Assembly: GCA_964016885.1 (NCBI GenBank)
Contig: OZ024740.1
Location: 101,370,001 to 101,434,000, forward strand
Source of the DNA: Eledone cirrhosa
Lineage: Eukaryota
Direction of reading: 5' to 3'
DNA: 64,000 bases
Shown here: positions 46,241 through 58,532 of the stretch, in pieces
How the letters are laid out: every line of letters begins with the position of its first letter
How positions within the stretch are numbered: position 1 is the stretch's first letter
Translations under genes and position numbers: made by a program
Notes under the pieces: model-generated
What the model saw: the letters and a program-made list of their open reading frames with translations, nothing else
What the model was told of the DNA's origin: nothing
The model's database searches: none

Positions 46241-48095
46241 ATGTGAAAGTAAGGGTTGGGGGAAGAACGGGGTTGCATGTTCAGGAAGAGGTGTGTGTGG
46301 GGGGGTTTGTGTGTCGGAGTGTCTGTGCGTGTGTGGATAGAGGGGTGGGGGAGAGGAATTAGGAGGCTGAGGGTGTAAATATGTGGTGGAAAGCACGTGT
46401 GTGTGGGGTTTAAGCGTGTTGTGGGTGTAGGTGGCGTGTGGAGAAAAAAATCTTTTTGGGTGTGTGTGTGTAGGTGAGTTATATAGGTGATTACGTAAGA
46501 GGATGGTTGAAAAGTAGGTAAATTCCAAAGGTGTTTAGCGGATTCTGTGTTGGTCAATTTCTGCGTGCGGGTATTCCATGAAGCGATGGTCGGAAGAGGA
46601 GAGATGTGGGGTGCGCGCGCAACAGGAAGTGGTCAAGCAGTGGGAGTGCTGTGTGTCTGTTTGTGCTGGGGGTGGTCAGAGGGCATAGCAGCAGTCGGTG
46701 GAATGGTAAAGGGGCGAGGATTGGTAGGTGTGAAAGTTGGAGTGAGGAGGGTGTGTGTGTGTGTATTAGTAGAGGTGTTAGTGGGATGAGTGAGTGTGGA
46801 GCGAGGGTGTGGGTGGAGCGGGGAGAGAAGGGGGTGTGTGGTTCTATGGAGGGAGTGTGGTGTACTGGTGTATGTGTAGTTTGATGAAGGGGTGTTAGTG
46901 GGTGTTAGTATACGGGAGGTGGGGAGGGGTTAAATGCAGGTGTGAGTGGGGGTTAGTGGTGGTGGGGTGTGTAGAGTTGGTGGTGTACGAGGGTGTGTGG
47001 GTACGTGTGCGTGGGGTTGGGGGGTGTTAGTGATGTTAGTTGCGTGTGGGGTGGGTGGTGTAAGTGGGTGCGTGTGTTCGTGTGCTTGGGGTTAGGAGGT
47101 GTTAGTGAGGTTAGTTGCGGGGTGGTGGGATGGAGGTGTGGGGGTGAGGGTTAGTGGTGGTAGTAGGGTGTGTGTTTAGTGTGAGCGCGTGTATATATGT
47201 GCCGGTGGGTGTGTGCGTGTGATAAGGAGGGGGGAGGAGGAGAAGAAGGGAGGGATGTTAGTATGTTAGTTGGGGAAGGGTGGTCAGATGAGGGGTGGAG
47301 TGGAGGTGTTAGTATTGTTAGTTGGGGGGTGGGCGGTGAAAAGGAGGGGTGTGTTAGTGGTGTTAGTGGGGGGTAAGTGTGTGTGTGTGGGGGGGGGGGG
47401 GCGATCGAAGGCTAAAGGAATAAGGGTGGGGAGTTCAGGCCGGGGGAGTGTGGGTCTGTAAGATGAAGATAGTTCGTTGTTCGACCGTAAGGCGAATGGC
47501 GGGTGTTCCGTGGCACTGGAGTAGGCCACAGACTGTGAGATGGCGTGCGGAATGTCCAAGGCCACCAAAGTGGCGGGCGATGGGGGAACTACCCCCGAGA
47601 CGAATATCCCGGAGGTGCTCGGTGAATCGGTCCGCCAGGCGACGCCCCGTCTGTCCGACATAAGGTTGGAGGAGGTGCAACGGAAGGCATGCCGGACAGA
47701 GAGAGAGTGGCCGTTGGAACCCTGGAAGGTGGTGGTGTTGGTGATGTGGGGACAGGTGTTGCAGCGGGGCCTAGAACAGGGAAAGGAACCGGGGGGAAAA
47801 CAGAGCGTGGGTTGGGGGTAGGGAGCTGTGGACGAGGAGGGTGCGGAGATTGCGTGCGCGTTTGAAGGAGGGGAGTGGTGGGGTTGGGAAGATGTGGGAG
47901 GTGGAGGGGTCGGACTGGAGGCGTCGGAAGAGGCGGCGGATGGTGCGGTGGAGGGGTGGTAAGTGATGGGGAAGGGGAGACGGTGGGTGGGTGTGCGGTG
48001 GCGTGGGGTGAGGGTGGTGGAGCGGGGGACAGCACGGGCGCGGGTGAGAGCGGTGTGGACGAGAGAGGGGGGGGGGGTAACCTCTGCGGATGAAA
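45763..48095 (-). mobile_element. Penelope-like retroelement (Neptune-type), 5'-truncated: linker + GIY-YIG remnant (~47435-48095) and long CA-rich 3' UTR
   Basis: RRGYP..ALTRAR..PFPITYHP; CSRPRCNTC; YVGQTGRRLADRFTEHLRDI..PIARHF; AATAAA near the end. Confidence 0.88.
45854..45885 (-). ncRNA. Minimal hammerhead at PLE 3' end
   Basis: AC-CTGAGGA-A-GGGC-TTAT-GCCC-GAAA-CG-TC-GT; stem I is very short. Confidence 0.7.
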
Positions 48096-48189
48096 TGTAT
48101 ATATATATGTATATATATATATATATATATGTATATATGAGAGACGTAAAATAAGAAAATTATAAAATTAACTTACTTACTAAAATATC

Positions 48190-48271
48190 ACTTCCAACTA
48201 ATTAGTTTCTGGAATGGAGTAAATATATTTTCCGAAGAAGATATAGAGAAACATTCCGTCATCAGGGAAGT
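48190..48271 (-). ncRNA. Type I hammerhead with long stem II (left arm)
   Basis: Reverse complement of 48593-48674 with a few changes in stem II. Confidence 0.78.
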
Positions 48272-48592
48272 CTATTCTCAGCTAAGTTTCCAGGCAAAGC
48301 GAGGACTCTGGAAACTTATTAAAAAAATAATTCAGTGGATAGGAAGAATTCCTAGCCATTGAGAAAATCACTGCCTCTGCGTCTGTGGCAAATTCAAAAA
48401 GAATCAATCACGTGACATCGAGGTCAATCAGTGGAAAGTGGTTTGCTAATAAGACAGCGGCCTGCCTACTACCATAGCAGCAGTCATGGCCAATATTGCT
48501 CGACAAATAATTTGGAGATAATTATAAAGAATTAATATCTAGTAACATATATATACATACAAATGCATATCAATGCTAGCAGCTGAGAATAG

Positions 48593-48674
48593 ACTTCCCT
48601 GATGACGGAATGTTTCTAAATATTTTCTTCGGAAAATATATTTACTCCATTCCAGAAACTAATTAGTTGGAAGT
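48593..48674 (+). ncRNA. Type I hammerhead with long stem II (right arm)
   Basis: ACTTCC-CTGATGA-C-GGAATG..ATATTTTC-TTCG-GAAAATAT..CATTCC-A-GAAA-CTAATTAG-TT-GGAAGT. Confidence 0.82.
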
Positions 48675-48853
48675 GATATTTTAGTAAGTAAGTTAATTTT
48701 ATAATTTTCTTATTTTACGTCTCTCATATTATTGTTCTGCAACCCCATGCATTGAACCACAATGTTACTAAGACAAAACCTATATATTTGCTAGCATTGA
48801 TATGCATCTGTATGTATATATATGTTACTAGATATTAATTCTTTATATATATG

Positions 48854-48906
<53 letters not shown>

Positions 48907-48971
48907 ATATGTATATATGAATATATATATATGTATATATATATATGTATATATATATATGTATATATGTT

Positions 48972-49002
<31 letters not shown>

Positions 49003-49027
49003 GTATATATGTATATATATGTATATA

Positions 49028-49088
<61 letters not shown>

Positions 49089-49091
49089 GTA

Positions 49092-49142
<51 letters not shown>

Positions 49143-49159
49143 GTATGTATGTATATATA

Positions 49160-50462
49160 CAGGATGCGGACGAAATTTGTTCGCAAGATTACTGTCTAGG
49201 GAAAGGTAACACAGTAGTTTTATTTTTTAAGATATATTTATCAAACTTGGGTCAATTCTTCATGACTTGTTCTTTCGATGTCACTCGATAAACCCGCTAT
49301 TCGCTTTGATGACAGCCTCAAGGCGGCCTCGGAACCGGCGACAGGCCTTCGTCACTGTCCCCCGACATAGGCCCCTAAAGGCACTTGTGATCCTGGCTTT
49401 CAGATCGTCTTTCGTATTGCAGCTAGATCTGTTGGTGTCTCGTTCCACTGCGCCCCACACAGAGAAGTTGAGGGGGTTACAGGCAGGCAGGCTGGGAGGC
49501 CAGATGTCAGGTGAAGTGTGGTCGACGAAGTTCTATGACAGCCAGGCTTGGGTCTTTCAGCTGGTATGGCAGGACGCTGAGTCTTGCTACCACACGTACG
49601 GCTTACATGCAGCTACCTGGTCGATCCACGGCTTTACTACCTTTCTCAGAACGCGGATGTAGCCATCGGTGTTCAGCTTGAGTCCCTCAGGGAAGAAGTG
49701 AGGTGGCATGACGTCACCTTGACTGCTGAAGACACCTAAGACCAATGTTGTCACTTGAAACTTTGTCTGCATGACTCTGGGCACGTCTTTGAATGAGACA
49801 GCGAGCCACCTGTTGTTCTGGGAGTTGATCTTCTGGTCTTGGCAAAAGTTGTTCTAGTCGGAGAAAAACCACAGCATGTCTGGCTCCAGTGGGGGTTTCA
49901 GCTTGTTGATCAGCTTCTCTGTGTGCTTCACTCGCTTTTCTTGCATCGCCTTTGACAGAAATTGTCCTTTCCTCATCTTGTATGAAACGTAGCGAATGTC
50001 TTCATGTACAACCAGCCTAATGAACTTTTCATCTACGCCTTTCTCCATTGCAATGGCACGCACCGACTTGCTAGGTTCATTGTTGATGATTTCCTGAACT
50101 TCAGCGACGAACTCGGGCGTTCTGAAGGCATCAGATCGTCGATCATGTGTTTTCCTCTCTGATGTTGCTTCGTAGTCGAATCCTGAATCTACCAATTCCT
50201 TTCTGACCTTTTCCACCATTCTCCTGCTGACGCTGAAAAAGTCTGAAATTTCCTTATTTGTCTTCTCTGCGCAGATTCCAAGAAAAAATCCGTGTCTCTT
50301 CCCAAATTTAGAGGTTCAAAATTATTCATAATCAATTATTCTGAAAATAAATAATTGAAATATAGTCACTGTTTTTATGAAGACAAGAGTGACAACGGAA
50401 GTAAAACAAATTTGCATAAAATTAGCAGTTGAAAATTGCGAAAAAACATCGTCCACACCCTG
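49160..50462 (-). mobile_element. Tc1/mariner DD37D (maT-type) DNA transposon, full length, transposase with several stops
   Basis: Imperfect 26-bp TIRs (CAGGATGCGGACGA.. / ..TCGTCCACACCCTG) flanked by TA; WFFSD, QDSA.CH, WPPS.P.CNPL with 37 residues between the second D and the third catalytic position. Confidence 0.9.
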
Positions 50463-50520
<58 letters not shown>

Positions 50521-50522
<2 letters not shown>

Positions 50523-50917
50523 ATCCAGAAAAACCTGGGACGATTTGATAAATTCCGACCTCACACACTTACACCTCCCCAAGACAATGTCACTGGACCG
50601 AGATATTTGGTGCTATGCAGTAATACAGAAGATCCGCCTTGCCTAAGTACAAAGTGAAACCTACAGTCAGTAGGCACCTGTTAACCAAAATACATCCCCG
50701 TCCCACTACCCCTACCCCTATGCCCATCTACACACCCCTTTCGATTAAAGTCATGTTGGTACCACATCATCCAGTCCTAAATAAATGAGGTCGTGTAGGT
50801 GTCACGACACAAAAACACAGTCCACGCTGTAATGTGGCCGTGTAGGTAACACGGTAAAAACCTCCCAGTCGACACTGTAAATGTGCTGGTGTTAGGAAGG
50901 GCATCCAGCCGTAGATA
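50521..50917 (+). mobile_element. RTE family A subfamily fragment (ORF end + partial 3' UTR)
   Basis: RKTWDDLINSDLTHLHL; GTTAGGAAGGGCATCCAGCCGTAGA. Confidence 0.85.
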
Positions 50918-50921
50918 ACAT

Positions 50922-51000
<79 letters not shown>

Positions 51001-51207
51001 TGTATGTATGTGTATATGTATATATATATATGTATGTATGTATGTATGTGTATGTATATATATATATGCATGTATGTATGTTTATATGTATGTATATATA
51101 TATATATGTATGTATGTATGTATGTATTTATGTATGTATGTATATATATATATGTATATATGTATGTTTATATATATGTATGTATGTATATATGTATGTA
51201 TATATAT

Positions 51208-51337
51208 CAGGAGTTACCGATGATGTTGATCTTTTCTTCTTTTCGGGTTATAGCTACTGTCGCTCAGAGAGTGGGATTGGCTCAGTGCACAGTCTTTCCT
51301 CACTTTCCTCACTCGATAACGAGGGGGCAGCCATCAT
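51208..51337 (+). mobile_element. Short bipartite RTE-BovB derivative (5' UTR piece fused to 3' terminus)
   Basis: 51211-51306 essentially identical to 32521-32615; 51311-51337 resembles the BovB-like terminus at 53579-53605. Confidence 0.65.
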
Positions 51338-51378
51338 ATATGTATGTATGTATGTATATATGTATGTACATATATATG

Positions 51379-51410
<32 letters not shown>

Positions 51411-51416
51411 TGTATA

Positions 51417-52765
51417 TTATCTCTTTCTCTTAATTTCGAGTATAATTTTGACCGGCCACCTTCCTGGTGGCAATGTTGTAACAGAAAAGAAATTGTCATC
51501 CCTTGAATCGCAAGAATGTTTTGCAAATTTTGAAGGTGCTAGCTATCGCAGCCATTTGTAGACTATGAATTAGGGAGCTGCGCTCTTTGTCCGCAAATCC
51601 AAGTTCAGTTATATATTGGTCCAAGTGGGTTGGTATATAACCCGTAGCTCCAATAATGATGGGTATGAAGCTAAAGGTGTATCTTGGATACTGGATTTGT
51701 AAACTCCTCATCAATGGTCCATAGATGTCTTCCTTCTCTTGTATTTTTCTGACAACGTTTACATCAAGTGGGCAACTGATCTCCACAACAGAACACGTTT
51801 TCAATGTGTAGTCCCAAACAACAATATCCAGCCGGTTGTGCTTTAATTTGGTGGCAATTTTTATTTTCAGGTTCCACCAGTATTCTTAATGCCATCTGTC
51901 TCAATATATTCTTCCTCGTTTGTTTTTAATTTTGTTTTCCGAAGTGCGTTCCAGATGGTTCTAGCTATCCCATCGTGTCTCATGGGGAGGTAGTAGCGAG
52001 ATGACATTCTTTCGCAGCTGGCAACAAAGTGGCTTACATCTTCGATCTTTGTTTAACATAGCCTACATTTATTGTCAGCTGATGGCCCTCCTCTATTGTG
52101 CAGCAATATTTGGTAGGGAGTTCTTGTGCTTGTATTGCATAAAGATATCCCTCAAGGTGTAATGTCATAAACTTGTCGGAACTCCATGCCAGGCTTTTGG
52201 GGTGGTTTATCCCCTCTATGGTCTGTGTTTTACGTCTCAAGTATCCATGCACCACTTTTTCTGTAAATTGGTCAATTTTTCATCTTGTTTGAACATTGAA
52301 TAGGATCTTCCGATTTCTCTGGGTGAGAGATTTATATCAGGCTTTATTCCATATCTCTCCTCCAGATCAGTAGCTATCCTAATGATGTTTTTTTTTTTCA
52401 TGCTCATAAACTTGGGCAAGATGATTGCCAACCTTTTTCCTCTGTTGAAGGTGTTGCTTCAGTGTTACTATCCGGGTCTCATATAATGTTAATATGGATT
52501 TTAGACCCCGGCCACCTTCTTTGCATGAGAAGTATAGCCTATCCATATCACCATTGATGTTAAAGTTCCCAGTAACACTGAGAAGTTTGCGAGTTCTAAC
52601 ATCCATCTCACTTAGTTCTTGCAATGACCAGTTCAGCAGGCCTAATGTTGGCGTTAGAATTGGCACAGCATAAGTATTGTGGGCAATGTAGTTGTTGTAC
52701 GCTGACAGTTCTGATGACCATATTTTCTTTAACCTTCTGAGGTATTCAGTTCTGGTTCTCACCTT
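51417..52765 (-). mobile_element. R4/Dong-like RLE-type LINE, 5'-truncated, frameshifted
   Basis: DRLY...EGGRGL, MHGY, CRLC...H...C zinc knuckle, RHD, NR(P/L)DIVVWD..E.SCP, IPIIIGATG. Confidence 0.88.
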
Positions 52766-52795
52766 ATTTATGTATGTATGTATATATGTATATGT

Positions 52796-53297
52796 TATCT
52801 CTTTCTCTTAATTTTGAGTATATTTTTTTGACCGGCCACCTTCCTGGTGGTAAGGTTGAAAAAGAAAAGAAATTGTCATCCCTTGAATCGCAAGAATGTT
52901 TTGCAAATTTTGAAGGTGCCAGTTATCGCAGCCATTTGTAGACTATGAATTAGGGAGCTGCGCTCTTTGTCCGCAAATCCAAGTTCAGTTATATATTGGT
53001 CCAAGTGGGTTGGTATATAACCCGTAGCTCCAATAATGATGGGTATGAAGCTAAAGGTGTATCTTGGATACTGGATTTGTAAACTCCTCATCAATGGTCC
53101 ATAGATGTCTTCCTTCTCTTGTATTTTTCTGACATGTGGGCAACTGATCTCCACAACAGAACACGTTTTCAATGTGTGGTCCCAAACAAAAATATCAGGC
53201 CGGTTGTGCTTTAATTTGGTGGCAGTTTTTATTTTCAGGTTCCACCAGTATTCCTTAGTGCCATCTGTCTCAATATATTCTTCCTCGTTTGTTGTTA
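52796..53297 (-). mobile_element. Second R4/Dong-like LINE 3' fragment (RLE domain)
   Basis: Near-duplicate of 51417-51925 with a 12-bp deletion; retains NRPD. Confidence 0.88.
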
Positions 53298-53299
53298 AT

Positions 53300-53332
<33 letters not shown>

Positions 53333-53394
53333 ATATGTATGTATGCATATATATGTATGTATGTATATATGTATATATGTATGTATGCATTGCT

Positions 53395-53606
53395 TTATAT
53401 CTGGAGTTCTCTCTGCACTTGTCGTCACATGGTACGATGGGCCCAGCACTATGTGTCAATAATTGTCACAAGTGTAGTGTTCGTACCAGAGTTTTCAAGT
53501 CACTGGCTGGACTAAAAAGTCACACTCATTCAGCGCATGGGTAGGGGTTTTCCTACATGGATATAAAGTAGTGGCCGTACTCGAGAACGAGTTGGCAGCC
53601 ACCATG
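53395..53606 (+). mobile_element. Probable RTE-BovB-like 3' end with C2H2-like finger remnant
   Basis: [24 protein letters not shown] then stop and short UTR ending GGCAGCCACCAT at (AT)n. Confidence 0.6.
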
Positions 53607-53646
53607 AATATATATATATGTATGTATATATGTATGTATATATATA

Positions 53647-53742
<96 letters not shown>

Positions 53743-53769
53743 TGTATGTATATATATATGTATGTATAT

Positions 53770-55381
53770 TCATCATCATCGTCATCATCATTATCATCAC
53801 CGTTTTACGTCCGTTCTTCCACGCTAGCATGGGTTAGACGGGTTGTCCTGTTGTGGGCAGTGTCTGGTCGGCTGACCATGCCTTGCGCATACAGGAACTG
53901 ATTTGGCTTGATTTCTACAGCTGGATGCCCTTCCTAACACCAACCTCATTTACAATGATTTCTGGGTGCTTTTTCGTGGCGCCTACACGTCCACTTTACA
54001 GTGTGGGCTGGGTGCTTTTTACCGTGGCACCTCCACGACCACCTTGCGGTGGGCGGTGTGGGGGCATATTGTCTATATGCTTCAGCTTGTACACATGGGA
54101 GGTCGGGTACTCTGTATTACTGCATGACGCCAGAGGTCACGGTCGTGTGTCATTGCCTTTAAGAGGTGTAATTGGGTAAGGTCGGCTTTTATCACCTCAT
54201 CCCAGGTCATCTTGGGTCTCACCACTCCGCGGTTTCCATCGACTTCTAGTGCTCTGTACCTTTTTATGCAGCTGTCATCCTTCACGCGCATCACATGTCC
54301 ATACCAGCGCAACCGCCTCTCCTGCACACAGCATTTGATTCCTCTTATGCTTTGTCGTTCACGTATATTACTGTTACACATCCATCGTAGCATGCAGGCT
54401 TCGTTTCTCTCTAATCTACGTAAGTCTTCCACCTTCAGCGCCCAGGTCTCACTACCATGCAACATCGTTGTTCGGATACACGCATCATACAGTCTGCCTT
54501 TCATTCCGAGGGAGAAGCCTTTTACAGCTAGCAGTGATAGTAGTTCCCTGAACTTCTTCCATCCCGTTCTTACCCTAGTTATTGTACTTTCTGAACACCC
54601 ACCTCCGCTGCTAATTCAGTCACCTAGGTAGCAGAAGCTGTCTACTGTTTCTACAGAGCCCTCCCAGAGATTGGTGGTACTTGTTTCCTGTGGCTGTTTG
54701 CTTGCTGTTTCAACACAGCTGCTGCATGTGAATCCTACATTCTTAATTAAGCTTCCTGAGATCCCGCTACATCTCTTGTGTACCCATTGTTTGCATTTGG
54801 GGCAGAGAATGGAGTTCCTACCTACACCTTTCCTACATACTGAGCAAGGCCATTTCCCTGAGGGGATCTGGGTTCTGTTTTCTCGTCTACTTACAAGGAC
54901 CTTAGTCTTTGTCATGTTGACTTTGAGGCCCTTTCTCTCTAGTCCCTGCTTCCAGGTTTGGAATTTATTCTCTAGTTCTACCATAGATTCAGCTATGAGT
55001 GCGAGGTCATCAGCATACAGGAGTTCCCTTGGGCATCCGATCTTAAACTCCTCCGTTATTGCCTGCAGGACTATGAAGAACGGGAGAGGGCTAAGAACAG
55101 AGCCCTGGTGGACCCCAACCTGTACGCTAAATTCCTCGCTATATTCATTGCTAATCCTAACTTTGCTGACTGCTCCCCTATACATGGCTTGTACCGCTTT
55201 CACAAGCCATTCATCTACTCCTAGTTTTCTAAGAGCCCACCAGATTACAGCACGTGGAACTCTGTCAAAGGCTTTCTCAAGGTCGACAAATGCCAAGTAG
55301 AGTGGCTTACTTTTAGCTAGGTACTTTTCCTGTAATTGCCTAACAAGGAAGAAGGCATCAGTGGTGCCTCTTCCTGGTACA
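53770..55381 (-). mobile_element. RTE family C, 5'-truncated, disrupted
   Basis: Highly similar to 20318-21940; in-frame stop and 24-bp deletion; (GAT)n tail. Confidence 0.95.
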
Positions 55382-55397
55382 TATATATATATATAAT

Positions 55398-55545
55398 GGA
55401 GCCACATGGCTTAGTGGTTAGACCATTGGCCTTGCAATCGAAAGGTTGTGAGTTCAATTCTCAGACCGGGTGATGTGTTGTTTCCTTGAGCAAGACACTT
55501 TATTTCACATTGCTCCAGTTTATTCAGCTGTAGAAATGAGATGAT
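55398..55545 (+). mobile_element. tRNA-derived SINE 5' part
   Basis: A box TGGCTTAGTGG, B box GAGTTCAATTC, then body TCCTTGAGCAAGACACTTTATTTCAC. Confidence 0.75.
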
Positions 55546-55831
55546 AGGGACCTCAGAATTATTTGATAATATATATACATCATCTCTTCTCCCAATCAGC
55601 ATAATTAACCACACAAAAAATCAATTTGACCAGGCTATAAGAATAAAAGGCACCTATGAAGAAACAATAAATAAATACGTCACAGCGGCGTCTTCGCGTG
55701 CAACCGCTATAGAATATTTACCCAACATTTCAACAGCACGTAGAAATTAATTAAATACACGGTCAACCATACATAATTAGGTAAAATTAAAGTTAGAAAT
55801 GCTTATATACATACCAGGATTAAATCACTAA

Positions 55832-55880
55832 ATCCAGACCCATGGGTTTCGCTCACATTTTGAGATATCTTATTAAGGAT
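55832..55880 (-). ncRNA. Degenerate hammerhead-like motif
   Basis: ATCC-TTAATAA-G..CTCA/TGAG-C-GAAA-CCCATGGG-TC-TGGAT; 5' core deviates. Confidence 0.35.
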
Positions 55881-56004
55881 AATACTCGAGTTTATATATA
55901 TGTATATATATGTATGTATGTATATATATATATATATATGTGTATATATATATATATATATATGTATGTATATATATATGTATATATATATATATGTATA
56001 TATG

Positions 56005-56048
<44 letters not shown>

Positions 56049-56207
56049 GGTATATATATGTATGTATATATATATATATGTAGATATATGTATTTATGTA
56101 TATATATGTATGTATAAACAAGATATTTTTGCGAGCAATGAATCTTGATGTAGATTTAACCCCCAAAACTCTTTCCGAACTATGTAAGGAACACTTGTGA
56201 CTATTTA

Positions 56208-56247
56208 TGCCCTTGAGAGGCCCAACTGGGCGAAACGTACGTAGGTG
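56208..56247 (+). ncRNA. Hammerhead-like motif with deviant 5' core
   Basis: TGCC-CTTGAGA-G-GCCC-AACT-GGGC-GAAA-CGTACG-TA-GGTG, followed by AATAAA. Confidence 0.5.
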
Positions 56248-56463
56248 ATATTTTAAATAAACATGTTTTAACGGTCTATTCTCCGATTTTTTACTTTCCC
56301 ACGTGCTTACGCTCTGCTAACTCTCTAGCCCACTAAATATTAACACTTCGAATATTTAATACTGCCGGCACTAGTATCGAGCACCTTTGGCATACGCTAC
56401 TTGGCAAATAACTATATGTATCACCTATCCCTCCTTTTTCTCTCTTTCTCGATACGTAAATAC

Positions 56464-56548
<85 letters not shown>

Positions 56549-56746
56549 ATATATATATGTAATATATATATATTTATTAAAATAACAGCTTAAAGTTTAA
56601 GCAAAGAATCGCTGCTTTCACCCTTAACGGGATCTTCTGTATGTATATATATATGTATATATATGTATGTATATATATATGTATGTATATATATATATGT
56701 GTATATATATATATGTATGCATATATATATATATGTATATATATAT

Positions 56747-58532
56747 GAATATAGACATAGAATATTCGAAAATATTCTGTATGTTTATAATAAACATTTT
56801 GAAGACCTAATCGCTATAGAATAGAATACGTCACGTATTACAATTAGATTCTCGATAAAAGCAAGGGAAGTAATCTACGCGTTTCATTCTCGTTAGAAAT
56901 CATCAGGACTACATATCCAGTGCTTTTATCGAGAATGACACAGCTAGAGACTTATAGAATACTTAGCTGTGTACAGGAACTGGTTTGAAAGAGCGGTTGC
57001 CGGTCCGGCAGAAATTAGAAATTGGAATAAATGCTCTGAAATAGCGATATATATGTGAATATAGACATAGAATATTCGAAAATATTCTGTATGTTTATAA
57101 TAAACATTTTGAAGACCTAATCGCTATAGAATAGAATACGTCACGTATTACAATTAGATTCTCGATAAAAGCAAGGGAAGTAATCTACGCGTTTCATTCT
57201 CGTTAGAAATCATCAGGACTACATATCCAGTGCTTTTATCGAGAATGACACAGCTAGAGACTTATAGAATACTTAGCTGTGTACAGGAACTGGTTTGAAA
57301 GAGCGGTTGCCGGTCCGGCAGAAATTAGAAATTGGAATAAATGCTCTGAAATAGCGATATATATGTGAATATAGACATAGAATATTCGAAAATATTCTGT
57401 ATGTTTATAATAAACATTTTGAAGACCTAATCGCTATAGAATAGAATACGTCACGTATTACAATTAGATTCTCGATAAAAGCAAGGGAAGTAATCTACGC
57501 GTTTCATTCTCGTTAGAAATCATCAGGACTACATATCCAGTGCTTTTATCGAGAATGACACAGCTAGAGACTTATAGAATACTTAGCTGTGTACAGGAAC
57601 TGGTTTGAAAGAGCGGTTGCCGGTCCGGCAGAAATTAGAAATTGGAATAAATGCTCTGAAATAGCGATATATATGTGAATATAGACATAGAATATTCGAA
57701 AATATTCTGTATGTTTATAATAAACATTTTGAAGACCTAATCGCTATAGAATAGAATACGTCACGTATTACAATTAGATTCTCGATAAAAGCAAGGGAAG
57801 TAATCTACGCGTTTCATTCTCGTTAGAAATCATCAGGACTACATATCCAGTGCTTTTATCGAGAATGACACAGCTAGAGACTTATAGAATACTTAGCTGT
57901 GTACAGGAACTGGTTTGAAAGAGCGGTTGCCGGTCCGGCAGAAATTAGAAATTGGAATAAATGCTCTGAAATAGCGATATATATGTGAATATAGACATAG
58001 AATATTCGAAAATATTCTGTATGTTTATAATAAACATTTTGAAGACCTAATCGCTATAGAATAGAATACGTCACGTATTACAATTAGATTCTCGATAAAA
58101 GCAAGGGAAGTAATCTACGCGTTTCATTCTCGTTAGAAATCATCAGGACTACATATCCAGTGCTTTTATCGAGAATGACACAGCTAGAGACTTATAGAAT
58201 ACTTAGCTGTGTACAGGAACTGGTTTGAAAGAGCGGTTGCCGGTCCGGCAGAAATTAGAAATTGGAATAAATGCTCTGAAATAGCGATATATATGTGAAT
58301 ATAGACATAGAATATTCGAAAATATTCTGTATGTTTATAATAAACATTTTGAAGACCTAATCGCTATAGAATAGAATACGTCACGTATTACAATTAGATT
58401 CTCGATAAAAGCAAGGGAAGTAATCTACGCGTTTCATTCTCGTTAGAAATCATCAGGACTACATATCCAGTGCTTTTATCGAGAATGACACAGCTAGAGA
58501 CTTATAGAATACTTAGCTGTGTACAGGAACTG
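56747..58532 (-). repeat. 310-bp tandem array (~5.8 units), candidate non-LTR retrozyme; HHRs at 56870-56912 and every +310 up to 58420-58462
   Basis: ATAGACATAG recurs at 56751, 57061, 57371, 57681, 57991, 58301; no differences seen between units. Confidence 0.95.

Larger units (their letters stand above)
48139..48847. mobile_element. Fold-back HHR module with two interleaved inverted repeats
   Basis: A 48139-48284 / A' 48581-48726; B 48522-48580 / B' 48789-48847; inside (TA)n. Confidence 0.8.

Noticed and set aside
55398-55470. tRNA gene
   Set aside because: A/B boxes present but no complete cloverleaf and it continues into a SINE body.
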